Assembly: GCA_033762915.1 (NCBI GenBank)
Contig: JANRLD010000041.1
Location: 1-27,022, forward strand
DNA from: Meiothermus sp.
GTDB lineage: Bacteria > Deinococcota > Deinococci > Deinococcales > Thermaceae
Direction of reading: 5' to 3'
DNA length: 27,022 nt
The translations under genes and the position numbers were made by a program. Every line of letters begins with the position of its first letter. The first letter of the stretch is position 1. Shown piece by piece: positions 1 through 9,924 of this stretch. The notes beneath the pieces are model-generated. The model did no database searches. It was given only the letters and a program-made list of their open reading frames with translations, and had not been told where the DNA came from.

Positions 1-255
1 GATGTCCACCGGGATGCCGCGCCCGTTGTCCTCGATAGTTAATGAGCCGTCGAGGTTGAGGGTGGTGACGATCTCGGTGGCGTGGCCGGCCAGGGCCTCG
101 TCCACCGCGTTGTCGAGAATTTCCTTGTAGAGGTGGTGGTAGCCGTCGGAGCCGGTACCCCCGATGTACATCGCAGGGCGGTGGCGCACCCCCTCCAATC
201 CCTTGAGGACCTTAATTTGAGAAGCGTCGTAGGTGGTGGTGACTTCTGTGTTCAC
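1..255 (-). CDS. gyrB: DNA gyrase subunit B, N-terminal part (runs off the window)
   Basis: Manual translation from GTG at 253-255: [35 protein letters not shown]...[13 protein letters not shown]...[11 protein letters not shown], the GHKL ATPase motifs of GyrB. Not in the ORF track because it is truncated. Confidence 0.95.
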   Translation of the reverse strand, partial: MNTEVTTTYDASQIKVLKGLEGVRHRPAMYIGGTGSDGYHHLYKEILDNAVDEALAGHATEIVTTLNLDGSLTIEDNGRGIPVDI

Positions 256-261
256 TTCAAC

Positions 262-270
262 AGTATAGCA
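262..270 (-). promoter_or_regulatory. Extended -10 box (TGcTATACT) 6 nt upstream of the gyrB GTG; leaderless-type promoter
   Basis: Minus strand reads TGCTATACT-GTTGAA-GTG; no Shine-Dalgarno. Confidence 0.75.
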
Positions 271-272
271 CA

Positions 273-289
273 TTACGTCTTGAACATAA
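273..289. promoter_or_regulatory. RDRM-like 17-bp palindromic operator (putative DdrO site) in the gyrB promoter
   Basis: TTACGTCTTGAACATAA fits TTAYGT-N5-ACRTAA; a matching site lies upstream of gyrA. Confidence 0.8.
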
Positions 290-495
290 AGGAATTGCTC
301 GAGTCAGACAAAATAGAAAAGCCTATCCAGGACAGTCTATGCGGCCCCTGCTTTCCTGGTACGATAGGGCAATTTCACGCTGAATTGCGGCCGGACAAGA
401 GGTTTTTATCGTGCTGAACAGAGTATGGGAGTAAAAAGTGTGAGCCTTCTCACCTAAGCAATTCCGGTGGGGGCAAATTTCAGCTTTACATCATC

Positions 496-539
496 TGGGG
501 GCAAAAAGCAAGCCTCGTGGGGGCAAAAAGCAAGCCTCG
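496..539 (+). repeat. Exact 22-bp tandem duplication TGGGGGCAAAAAGCAAGCCTCG x2
   Basis: Copies at 496-517 and 518-539; a partial third copy TGGGGGCAAA at 468-477. Confidence 0.9.
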
Positions 540-590
540 CCGGTTAGCCCACTCTCGGCGATTCCTCACCAAAACAGTTAGGCTGAAGGC

Positions 591-1040
591 ATGAGAAGGC
601 TTCTTTTGGCAGCGGCGGGGGCAGGTCTATTGGCGGCGTGCAGCACCTTCGGCTTTAACGCCTTCAATCTCCGCACCACCGCCGACTCCTGCACCCTGGT
701 GGACGGCAGGCGCGAGCTGCGCCTCGAGTTCGACTACACCGGCACCCTCAACCGCCTTGGCATCACCTTTACCCCCAACGGCAAGCCCGCCGAGACGGTC
801 AGCATCCCCAACCTCGACGCCCAGACCCCCGGCTTCACCCTCAACACCCGTGGGGCCGGGCTGGCCAAGATCAACGTAGACCTCGCCGTGATCCAGCCCA
901 GTGCCAGTGGCCAGGCCATCTCCCAGCCCAACCCCCGCACCCTCTACCCCATGAACATCACCATCCGGGCTGGCGACGGCAGCAGCGAGAAGACCCTCGA
1001 GCTGAAGAACGTGGATGTGGCGGGCTGCTACGGGCTGTAG
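591..1040 (+). CDS. Hypothetical lipoprotein
   Basis: Signal peptide with lipobox (MRRLLLAAAGAGLLAAC), strong GC3 codon bias, TAGGCT -10 box at 579-584, 6 nt before the ATG. Confidence 0.85.
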   Translation: MRRLLLAAAGAGLLAACSTFGFNAFNLRTTADSCTLVDGRRELRLEFDYTGTLNRLGITFTPNGKPAETVSIPNLDAQTPGFTLNTRGAGLAKINVDLAVIQPSASGQAISQPNPRTLYPMNITIRAGDGSSEKTLELKNVDVAGCYGL

Positions 1041-1144
1041 GCCCACCTCTCTGACCTCCCGACCCTCGTGGGCGCATAACACTGCGAGGGATAGGCCAGG
1101 GGTGGAGCCTGTAGGGGCCAGAAGGGAGCCCAAGGGTGGAGCGC

Positions 1145-2242
1145 CTACCCCACCACCAGCCCGCTCCTTGCCGTCTCCCACTGGTTCCACAGCGGCCTAG
1201 CGATGAACCCGCCGCCCAGCAGCCGGTCGCCGTCGTAGAACACTGCCGACTGGCCGGGGGTCACGGCAAACTGGGGCTCCTCGAGCCGTATCACGGCCCG
1301 GCCCGGCGACAGCTCCTCGAGCCTGGCCGGCACCGGCCTGGTGCGGTAGCGCACCTGCACCTCGAGGCGTTCCGGCAGGTTGGCGGCGTCTACCAAAAGG
1401 TTGGTCTCGCGGGTCTCGAGGCCCAGCCAGCTACAGGCCGCCTTGGGGCCGACGACGACCTCATTACGCCCCGTGTCCACCCGCACCACGTAGCGCTCGA
1501 GGTGGCTCTTCCACAGGCCCAGGCCCTTCTTCTGGCCCACGGTGTAGAACTGCGCCCCGTTGTGCTCACCGATCACGTCGCCGGTCTCGAGGTCGATCAG
1601 GGCCCCGGGATTGGCCGGCACGTATCCCGCCAGGAAGTCTTTAAGGTCGCCTTGTACAAAGCAGATGTTCTGGCTCTCGGGCTTCTTGGCGGTGGGGAGG
1701 CCGTAGCGCTCGGCCAGTGCCCGCACGTCGGGCTTGTGCATGTGTCCGACCGGAAAGAGCATGTGCCGAACGGCTTCCCTGGGCGTGCCCCAGAGGAAAT
1801 AGGTCTGGTCTTTGTTGCGGTCGCCCCGGTAGAGGGCGCCGTCCTGCTGGATCACGTAGTGCCCGGTCGCCACGTACTCGCAGCCCAGCATCCGGGCCTT
1901 CTTAAGGAGCGAGTCGAACTTGACCCTGGTGTTGCAGTTGACACAGGGGTTGGGGGTCTCCCCCGCCGCGTAGCCCGCGATGAAGGGGTCGATGATCTTC
2001 TCCTGGAACTCCTCGCGGTAGTCGAGCAGGTAGAAGGGCACCCCCACGATGTCGGCCACCCGCCTCGCCTCGTAGGCGGCGTCGGGCGAGCAGCAGGTCT
2101 CGAAGCAGTCGTCCTTCTTGTTGTCGGGCCAGAAGCGCATCATCGCCCCGATGACTTCGTAGCCCTGCTCCTTGAGCAAGGCCGCCGTGACGGAGGAGTC
2201 CACCCCCCCGCTCATGGCTGCCAGCACGCGACCCTTACCCAC
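1145..2242 (-). CDS. mnmA: tRNA U34 2-thiouridylase MnmA (CxxC+C, Fe-S type as in Thermus)
   Basis: AMSGGVDS PP-loop, PNPCVNCN, ATGHY, KDQTYFL, SQNICF, TPGQSAVFY. TGcTACAAT -10 box at 2251-2259, 8 nt before the GTG. Confidence 0.97.
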   Translation of the reverse strand: MGKGRVLAAMSGGVDSSVTAALLKEQGYEVIGAMMRFWPDNKKDDCFETCCSPDAAYEARRVADIVGVPFYLLDYREEFQEKIIDPFIAGYAAGETPNPCVNCNTRVKFDSLLKKARMLGCEYVATGHYVIQQDGALYRGDRNKDQTYFLWGTPREAVRHMLFPVGHMHKPDVRALAERYGLPTAKKPESQNICFVQGDLKDFLAGYVPANPGALIDLETGDVIGEHNGAQFYTVGQKKGLGLWKSHLERYVVRVDTGRNEVVVGPKAACSWLGLETRETNLLVDAANLPERLEVQVRYRTRPVPARLEELSPGRAVIRLEEPQFAVTPGQSAVFYDGDRLLGGGFIARPLWNQWETARSGLVVG

Positions 2243-2388
2243 AAAGGCTGATTGTAGCAGAAGGCAGTGCCGGATAAAAAGCGCTTTGAATCACCTCGAG
2301 CCCTGAATAGTTCTCCGCCGGGCTCTGTACTGGGCCTATCCGCCCCCGGTTTGGGCAGGTTGGGGTTGCTCGAGTTCAGCCAAGCGAA

Positions 2389-2529
2389 CTAAGCCTTGCC
2401 TCGAGTGCGCCCCGCAGCGGTTTGCGTTCTGGGGAGGGTGGGCTCGAAACTGATCCCCACTTTGTAGCCCAGCGCGTCCGCTAGGCGCACCAGGGTGGCG
2501 ATCTCGGGGTTTTCGCTCCTCTCGAGCAG
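2389..2529 (-). pseudogene. C-terminal remnant of an XRE/HigA-like HTH protein; 5' part missing
   Basis: Manual translation LLERSENPEIATLVRLADALGYKVGISFEP... resembles the LE..NP...TL..LA.ALG end of XRE HTH domains. An in-frame TAA lies immediately upstream, in the AT-rich island. Confidence 0.65.
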
Positions 2530-2533
2530 TTAC

Positions 2534-3655
2534 TCATGTTGCTATGGGAGTAGAACCGCAACACCAAGCAATAATTAACTCACAACACTCCCTCCACTCG
2601 TCTTGAGTCTTTGCATCTATCTGTAGAGGTGTGCCAACTGCTTTCTTCTGCTTAATGAAGTTGAGCAAATACCTGAGAATCGCGTCCCCAAAGCCGAAGA
2701 AGGTTACGCAGATGCATTCTTCCCGCCTATTGCAGTGATTAGGTGCGGCACACACAATAGAAGTGCCGAGTGCTTCTAGTATGCTCTTCCAATACTGATA
2801 CTTAGGAGAGTCGCTGCTTACAGACAGTAATTCATATAATCTGTGTCCTTTCTTCAAGTCTACAAAATGACGAGCTTTGCCTGAGGCGACTGATTCAATT
2901 TCTACTAGAGATTGCAGCGCTTTTTCCCTGTTTGGATCTCCAGTGACAGCTTCAGCATAGAAACTGGTAGGGATAAGATTCTCAATTTCTCTGACCTGTA
3001 ATGTATGTACAACGCAAAGTGGTTGCAAAGGGTCGTCAATTCTCATTACGGCAGAGCAAGTTTGACCGTGACTCGACCCCTGATAACGAAAATCACTGTC
3101 CAATATGCACAAACACAACCGATCTCTTCTATTTTGTATCGAGTTGTATTCGGCAACGGTGGTGTGTCCGCCACCGCCCCTAGGTTCAAATACAAGTTTT
3201 ATTTTTCCGTTATCGGTAGCGCTCTGGTAAATTTCTGTAATAGATTGATAAAACTCAACATCGTCATGGTTCTCTGCTAAAAAAACTGTTTCACTTAACA
3301 AGTTGAAGTTTTCCAGGTAACCAGCCCAGATTTTTATAACGTGTTTATCGCCTATGGATTCAAGCTCCAAAACCTCTGAATACCCCACAACTAGGACATA
3401 CCATGAGACGACATCAATATAGGGTTTTTCTTGAGGCAAACGATTCAATATTCTTTTATAGACTCCACAGGAAACTGTAGAAAGAGGACTTTTTTGTGTT
3501 ATGTATTCAAGTGTAGTCCTGTCGGACAGAACTATATGCTTACCTTGTCGTCGTGCTTGAGCCAAATTCTCTAATGCACATAGCACACTTGCACGCACAC
3601 TCTTGCTGGATTGCGAGAGGAGTAGTGTGACGGATTTGTCAATGAAGAAAACCAT
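2534..3655 (-). CDS. Hypothetical protein with TOPRIM-like (OLD/DUF4435-type) nuclease motifs
   Basis: VFLAENHDD (acidic E..D), GGGG loop, CILDSD (DxD) and REIENL in TOPRIM order; Cys cluster CAAPNHCNRREECIC; starts 2 nt after the ATPase stop. Confidence 0.7.
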   Translation of the reverse strand: MVFFIDKSVTLLLSQSSKSVRASVLCALENLAQARRQGKHIVLSDRTTLEYITQKSPLSTVSCGVYKRILNRLPQEKPYIDVVSWYVLVVGYSEVLELESIGDKHVIKIWAGYLENFNLLSETVFLAENHDDVEFYQSITEIYQSATDNGKIKLVFEPRGGGGHTTVAEYNSIQNRRDRLCLCILDSDFRYQGSSHGQTCSAVMRIDDPLQPLCVVHTLQVREIENLIPTSFYAEAVTGDPNREKALQSLVEIESVASGKARHFVDLKKGHRLYELLSVSSDSPKYQYWKSILEALGTSIVCAAPNHCNRREECICVTFFGFGDAILRYLLNFIKQKKAVGTPLQIDAKTQDEWRECCELIIAWCCGSTPIAT

Positions 3656-3657
3656 GT

Positions 3658-5214
3658 TTATAAATCACGCGGTTCGAAAAATCCCACGGGCCAATTTTCT
3701 AAGTATCCCTCTCTATCGAAGCCACTACTGCGGATTTTTGTTGCGTCGTATGGGTTTTTCTTCTCAAACAAGATGACATTTACATCTTTGCTTGAAAAAT
3801 CACCTTTGGCAATCCTATTCCCAATCCTGTTGACAAAAGTTTCACTATGAGTTTCGATCATTAGCCGCAAATTGATATTTGCATGACGTGCAGTTTCTAC
3901 TGCTTTTATAAATGCATCTGCTAATTGAGCTTGCATCATTGGGTGTAAATGAAGTTCGGGCTGCTCAATCGTAAGGGTTAAGACTTGGGGCCGTTGTTTC
4001 CCAGCCTGGGCACCTTGTGACACCAAAGACCAAAGTTGAGTAAGAATAGGTAATACCTGGGAGTATCCAAATCCAGTATCTGCTAAGTTGTACTTTTTTT
4101 CAGAGCCTATTTCAGTTAAGAATAAAGAAATATGACCGCCTGCCGAACTGACATCTGGGAATACGTCGAAATTTGTTTTCATCCAATATTGGAAATCCCG
4201 CAACTCATTTTGAGTTAAGTTTCTCATAAAAAGAGCTAGATTCTGGCCTTGAAAATCCACTTCATCTACGGCAAGATTTTGAACTCTGTAAAATCGCTCT
4301 GCTGTAGCTCGTACAGGGGCCACATATCTACTACCAGTGGCCGTTTCAACTAAATAGTCGTCCAGGCGAATCAAAATTTCTGGTAAAGCTGAAGCAATTA
4401 TGAAGTCACGAATCCTAACAAATGCTTCGCTTTCAACAGTCCAAGATTTTATTCGTTCTCGAAGACTGTCAGGCCAATCACTAGAGTTCTTCATTTGGTG
4501 AAGCATTGCGCTAGACGAGTTGACCTTGAGGCCCAACACCAATGAAATAAGCGTCTGATCTTTAGTATTTCTGTGTGCATGTTGTTTTACCTCATCGATT
4601 AATTCCCGCAACAGCAGACGATTTATAGGTGACATTATCAGCTCTTGTACGTCTCGTTCAGTACCAAAGATAACTGGAATCATTCCGTAGCGCTGGGTAC
4701 GTGGTATCCAACGTTTATTTGAGATAGGAATCGCCGTGTTGTTGACGCTAAATGAAGAAACAGAGTCAGAAGTATTTAATGTGAGGTGAACGTAGTGCTC
4801 ACCAAAAAGCCGAATACCAATCTCAGAGATTTGGCTTGAGTCTAAATTATCGTCACTGCACACCTTAATACTCAACTCTACGGGAATGTCGCCTACACCA
4901 TAGCCAGATTTCCCAAACCAAACTCTATTTCTCTTATTTTGATGAGATAAGGTACAGCGAAAAGAAAAGCCTATGTACCCTTTTTTATTGTTTAGCCTAA
5001 CTGCCTCAGAAAAGCTGCCAAAGTCAACAAACCTCCCGTTCCAGAGAATGGGGCCAGTAGTCTGAGCTTCAACACTTTGCCGAAATAGGGGCATACAACG
5101 AAGGAATGAGCTTTTCCCTGAACTGTTTTTTCCTAAAAAGAGTGTGATGGGTTTCAAGTCAATAAAACCCGTATCCTCGAGACTTCGTAAGTTTTCAACA
5201 CGCAAAGCTTCCAT
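3658..5214 (-). CDS. ABC/AAA_21-type ATPase with DUF3696-like C-terminus
   Basis: Walker A GKNSSGKS, signature-like DTGFGYSQ, Walker B LTIEQPELHLHP, H-loop IETHS, C-terminal NWPVGFFE. Confidence 0.9.
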   Translation of the reverse strand: MEALRVENLRSLEDTGFIDLKPITLFLGKNSSGKSSFLRCMPLFRQSVEAQTTGPILWNGRFVDFGSFSEAVRLNNKKGYIGFSFRCTLSHQNKRNRVWFGKSGYGVGDIPVELSIKVCSDDNLDSSQISEIGIRLFGEHYVHLTLNTSDSVSSFSVNNTAIPISNKRWIPRTQRYGMIPVIFGTERDVQELIMSPINRLLLRELIDEVKQHAHRNTKDQTLISLVLGLKVNSSSAMLHQMKNSSDWPDSLRERIKSWTVESEAFVRIRDFIIASALPEILIRLDDYLVETATGSRYVAPVRATAERFYRVQNLAVDEVDFQGQNLALFMRNLTQNELRDFQYWMKTNFDVFPDVSSAGGHISLFLTEIGSEKKYNLADTGFGYSQVLPILTQLWSLVSQGAQAGKQRPQVLTLTIEQPELHLHPMMQAQLADAFIKAVETARHANINLRLMIETHSETFVNRIGNRIAKGDFSSKDVNVILFEKKNPYDATKIRSSGFDREGYLENWPVGFFEPRDL

Positions 5215-5350
5215 ATACCGTAAGGTTTTACTATTTATTTTACTCTATTGCCGAGATTTTCCGGGTTCAACCTATATCAGGCGAATAAGCATAAGCCTTG
5301 AACTTAATCCTAGCATTTGAGGTCTATGGTGCTAAATAGAACAATTAAGC

Positions 5351-5387
5351 AACCCCTCGAGCCAAGGTGGGCTCGAGGGGTTTTCTT
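5351..5387. terminator. Intrinsic terminator downstream of gyrA, possibly bidirectional
   Basis: 13-bp stem AACCCCTCGAGCC (5351-5363) / GGCTCGAGGGGTT (5370-5382), 6-nt loop, T-rich runs after the stem on both strands; both arms contain CTCGAG. Confidence 0.8.
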
Positions 5388-5402
5388 ACTCTCAACGCTC
5401 GA

Positions 5403-7838
<2,436 letters not shown>

Positions 7839-7900
7839 TCACTCTCCTGTTGTGTGGCGGTCTTAATTTCGCGCTGGACGGAGGTTCGTTCAACCTTCGT

Positions 7901-7929
7901 ATTATACAGTACGGGGTTTGTTATGTCAA
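7901..7929 (-). promoter_or_regulatory. Perfect consensus sigma70/SigA promoter for gyrA
   Basis: Minus strand TTGACA (7924-7929), 17-nt spacer, TATAAT (7901-7906). Confidence 0.9.
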
Positions 7930-7937
7930 AAACATAA
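7921..7937. promoter_or_regulatory. RDRM-like 17-bp palindromic operator overlapping the gyrA -35 box
   Basis: TTATGTCAAAAACATAA (TTATGT-N5-ACATAA, perfect arms). Confidence 0.82.
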
Positions 7938-7951
7938 TCGAGTGTTTTGCC

Positions 7952-8120
7952 GGGCAACCGCAAAGTCGCTGTTGGCTCCTCCCCCCTGGACGGGGGGAGG
8001 CTGGGTGGGGGGTGAGCGGGCCTGGCTGTTTGATTTGCGAACGGCAAAAACCTGAAGCCGAGGGCGATCGCAGCGGGAGAGGGGGCTCAACGTCGCAGTT
8101 CTCTGGCTTTGCGGTTGCCC
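7952..8120. mobile_element. MITE/REPIN-like non-autonomous element, copy 1
   Basis: Perfect 14-bp terminal inverted repeats GGGCAACCGCAAAG (7952-7965) / CTTTGCGGTTGCCC (8107-8120); internal REP hairpin CCTCCCCCC-TGGAC-GGGGGGAGG; homologous to 23717-23838. Confidence 0.75.
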
Positions 8121-8458
8121 TGGGGTGTTTTGTCGGGATTTCACCGCCCGCCGGCGCGCCGAAGGCTGGGCGTTATGCGCCCTCCCCTGAATGCCTCGAG
8201 GCTGCGTTTTGCCCGACGGCATCTCGCGCTTAACCCGCAGACCCCAGGCGCAGTCGAGGCATTACCCAACCATCCCGGCACAACCGTTGTCCCGTTGGGG
8301 GCGATGCCTCTGCCCGGCCGGGGCTCCGGAGGCGCGGGTGTCGGCCAGGGGCTTTTGCCCGTCACACGCCACCGCCGGGCCCCTGGCCCCGGCCTCAGAC
8401 CCTGGTTTATTGCTTCCAGGTCAGGTTTTTCGGCCAAAAAAGCTCGTGCGGCAACAAT

Positions 8459-8487
8459 TTGACCTTTTGCCCCTCACCGTGTAGATT
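8459..8487 (+). promoter_or_regulatory. Putative rpmF promoter
   Basis: TTGACC (8459-8464), 17-nt spacer, TAGATT (8482-8487). Confidence 0.6.
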
Positions 8488-8563
8488 GGAGGGCGGTTTG
8501 TCTGAAGCCGGCCCCATTTGGTCTGGCCTTCGTCAAAATACCCTGCGAAGGAAGTGAGCTGAA

Positions 8564-8755
8564 ATGGCCAAGCACCCCGTACCCAAGAAGAAAGTCTCCA
8601 AGTCGCGCCGCGACATCCGCCGCGCCGTGGTCTCCACCCTGAGCGCCCCCACCCTGATCAAGTGCGCCAACTGCGGCTCGATGGTGATCCCCCACGCGGT
8701 CTGCGACAACTGCGGCTACTACGCGGGCAAGAAGGTGCTCAACATCGAGGCCTAA
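8564..8755 (+). CDS. rpmF: 50S ribosomal protein L32 (Zn-ribbon form)
   Basis: MAKHPVPKKKVSKSRRD.RR, CxxC...CxxCGYY; upstream of fab genes. Confidence 0.97.
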   Translation: MAKHPVPKKKVSKSRRDIRRAVVSTLSAPTLIKCANCGSMVIPHAVCDNCGYYAGKKVLNIEA

Positions 8756-8774
8756 CCCTCACCCAAGTCCGTTC

Positions 8775-8804
8775 GCCCTCTCTTTCGGGAGAGGGCTTTT
8801 CTTT
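8775..8804 (+). terminator. Intrinsic terminator after rpmF
   Basis: GCCCTCTCT-TTCG-GGAGAGGGC followed by TTTTCTTT. Confidence 0.88.
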
Positions 8805-8944
8805 GTCCCGGCGCCGTCCGTCTGTTGAGCCAAGCTTCGGGGCAGCCCATCGCCATTCCCGCCCCCGCCCAGCACGATCAGGCCCCTGGCGCCGGCTTGG
8901 CTCGAGGGGCCTTTCCAGAATCGGGCCGGTATACTCTATGGGTT

Positions 8945-9922
8945 ATGAACATCGGCATCACCGCCCTGGGTACCCACGTGCCCGAAAAGGTCATGACCAA
9001 CCGTGACTTCGAAAAGTTCCTCGACACCTCCGACGAGTGGATCACCAGCCGCACTGGCATCAGGGAGCGGCGCTTCGCCGCCGAGGGCGAGTACGCCTCG
9101 GGGCTGGCCTTCGCGGCGGTCGAAGACCTGATCCGCCGGCACGGGCGGGCGGCCATCGACGGGGTGGACATGGTGATCGTGGCGACCAACACCCCCGACG
9201 CCCTCTTCCCCGCCACCGCCGCGCTGGTGCAGGACCGCTTCGGCCTGAAGGCCGGGGCCTACGACCTGCTGGCGGGCTGCCCCGGCTGGGGCTACGCCAT
9301 CAGCCAGTCCTACGCCATGATCAAAAGCGGCATCGCCCGCAAGGTGCTGTGCATCGGCTCGGAGACCCTCTCCAAGTTGCTCGACATGAGCGACCGCTCC
9401 ACCGCCGTGCTGTTCGGCGACGGGGCCGGGGCCGCCGTCATCGAGGAGGTGCCCAGTGGCTACGGCTTCAAGAGCTTCGTGCTGGGCGCGGACGGCTCGG
9501 GCGGTAAAGAACTTTCCATCGCCTGCATGGCCACCCACCTGCCCGACGGCACCGCCATCTCGCCCAAGGCCTACATGAACGGTCGCGAGGTCTTTAAGTT
9601 CGCGGTGCGGGTGATGAACACCGCCACCCTCGAGGCCATCGAAAAGGCCGGTCTGACCCCCGAGGACATCAAGTTCTTCATCCCCCACCAGGCCAACTCC
9701 CGCATCATCGAGGCCGCCCGTGAGCGCCTCAACCTGCCTAAAGAGCGGGTTTGGGTGAACGTGGACCGCTACGGCAACACCTCCACCGCCTCGATGCCCA
9801 TCGCCCTGCAGGAGGCCCTCGACGCGGGCCAGATCAAGGACGGCGACCACATCCTCTTCGTCACCTTCGGGGCGGGCCTGACCTGGGCGGCCAGCGTGCT
9901 GACGTGGTGGGGCGGGGAGTGA
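8945..9922 (+). CDS. fabH: 3-oxoacyl-ACP synthase III
   Basis: DTSDEWITSRTGI, catalytic AGC, LFGDGAGA, PHQAN, GNTSTAS, FGAGLTW. Start moved to ATG 8945, which has -10-like TATACTCT at 8930-8937. Confidence 0.96.
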   Translation: MNIGITALGTHVPEKVMTNRDFEKFLDTSDEWITSRTGIRERRFAAEGEYASGLAFAAVEDLIRRHGRAAIDGVDMVIVATNTPDALFPATAALVQDRFGLKAGAYDLLAGCPGWGYAISQSYAMIKSGIARKVLCIGSETLSKLLDMSDRSTAVLFGDGAGAAVIEEVPSGYGFKSFVLGADGSGGKELSIACMATHLPDGTAISPKAYMNGREVFKFAVRVMNTATLEAIEKAGLTPEDIKFFIPHQANSRIIEAARERLNLPKERVWVNVDRYGNTSTASMPIALQEALDAGQIKDGDHILFVTFGAGLTWAASVLTWWGGE

Positions 9923-9924
9923 GC

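Larger units (their letters stand above)
2527..5350. other. AT-rich horizontally acquired island (two genes)
   Basis: Abrupt drop in GC and loss of GC3 bias relative to the flanks; only one internal CTCGAG (5176) seen; no integrase or transposase. Confidence 0.9.

Noticed and set aside
468..539. Possible mini-CRISPR array
   Set aside because: Repeats are directly adjacent with no spacers, and no cas genes are present.
2534..5214. Calling the island PARIS, Menshen, Septu or Gabija outright
   Set aside because: No DUF262, HNH or UvrD partner, and assignment to AriA/AriB cannot be made without HMM searches.
7850..8484. Several short ORFs between gyrA and rpmF
   Set aside because: They overlap promoters and the MITE, lack host codon bias and have no motifs.
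8825..8944. N-terminal extension of FabH (also FabD 9751-9924, MutS2 20384-20401, and 17869-17946)
   Set aside because: Family homology and -10/SD positions point to downstream starts.
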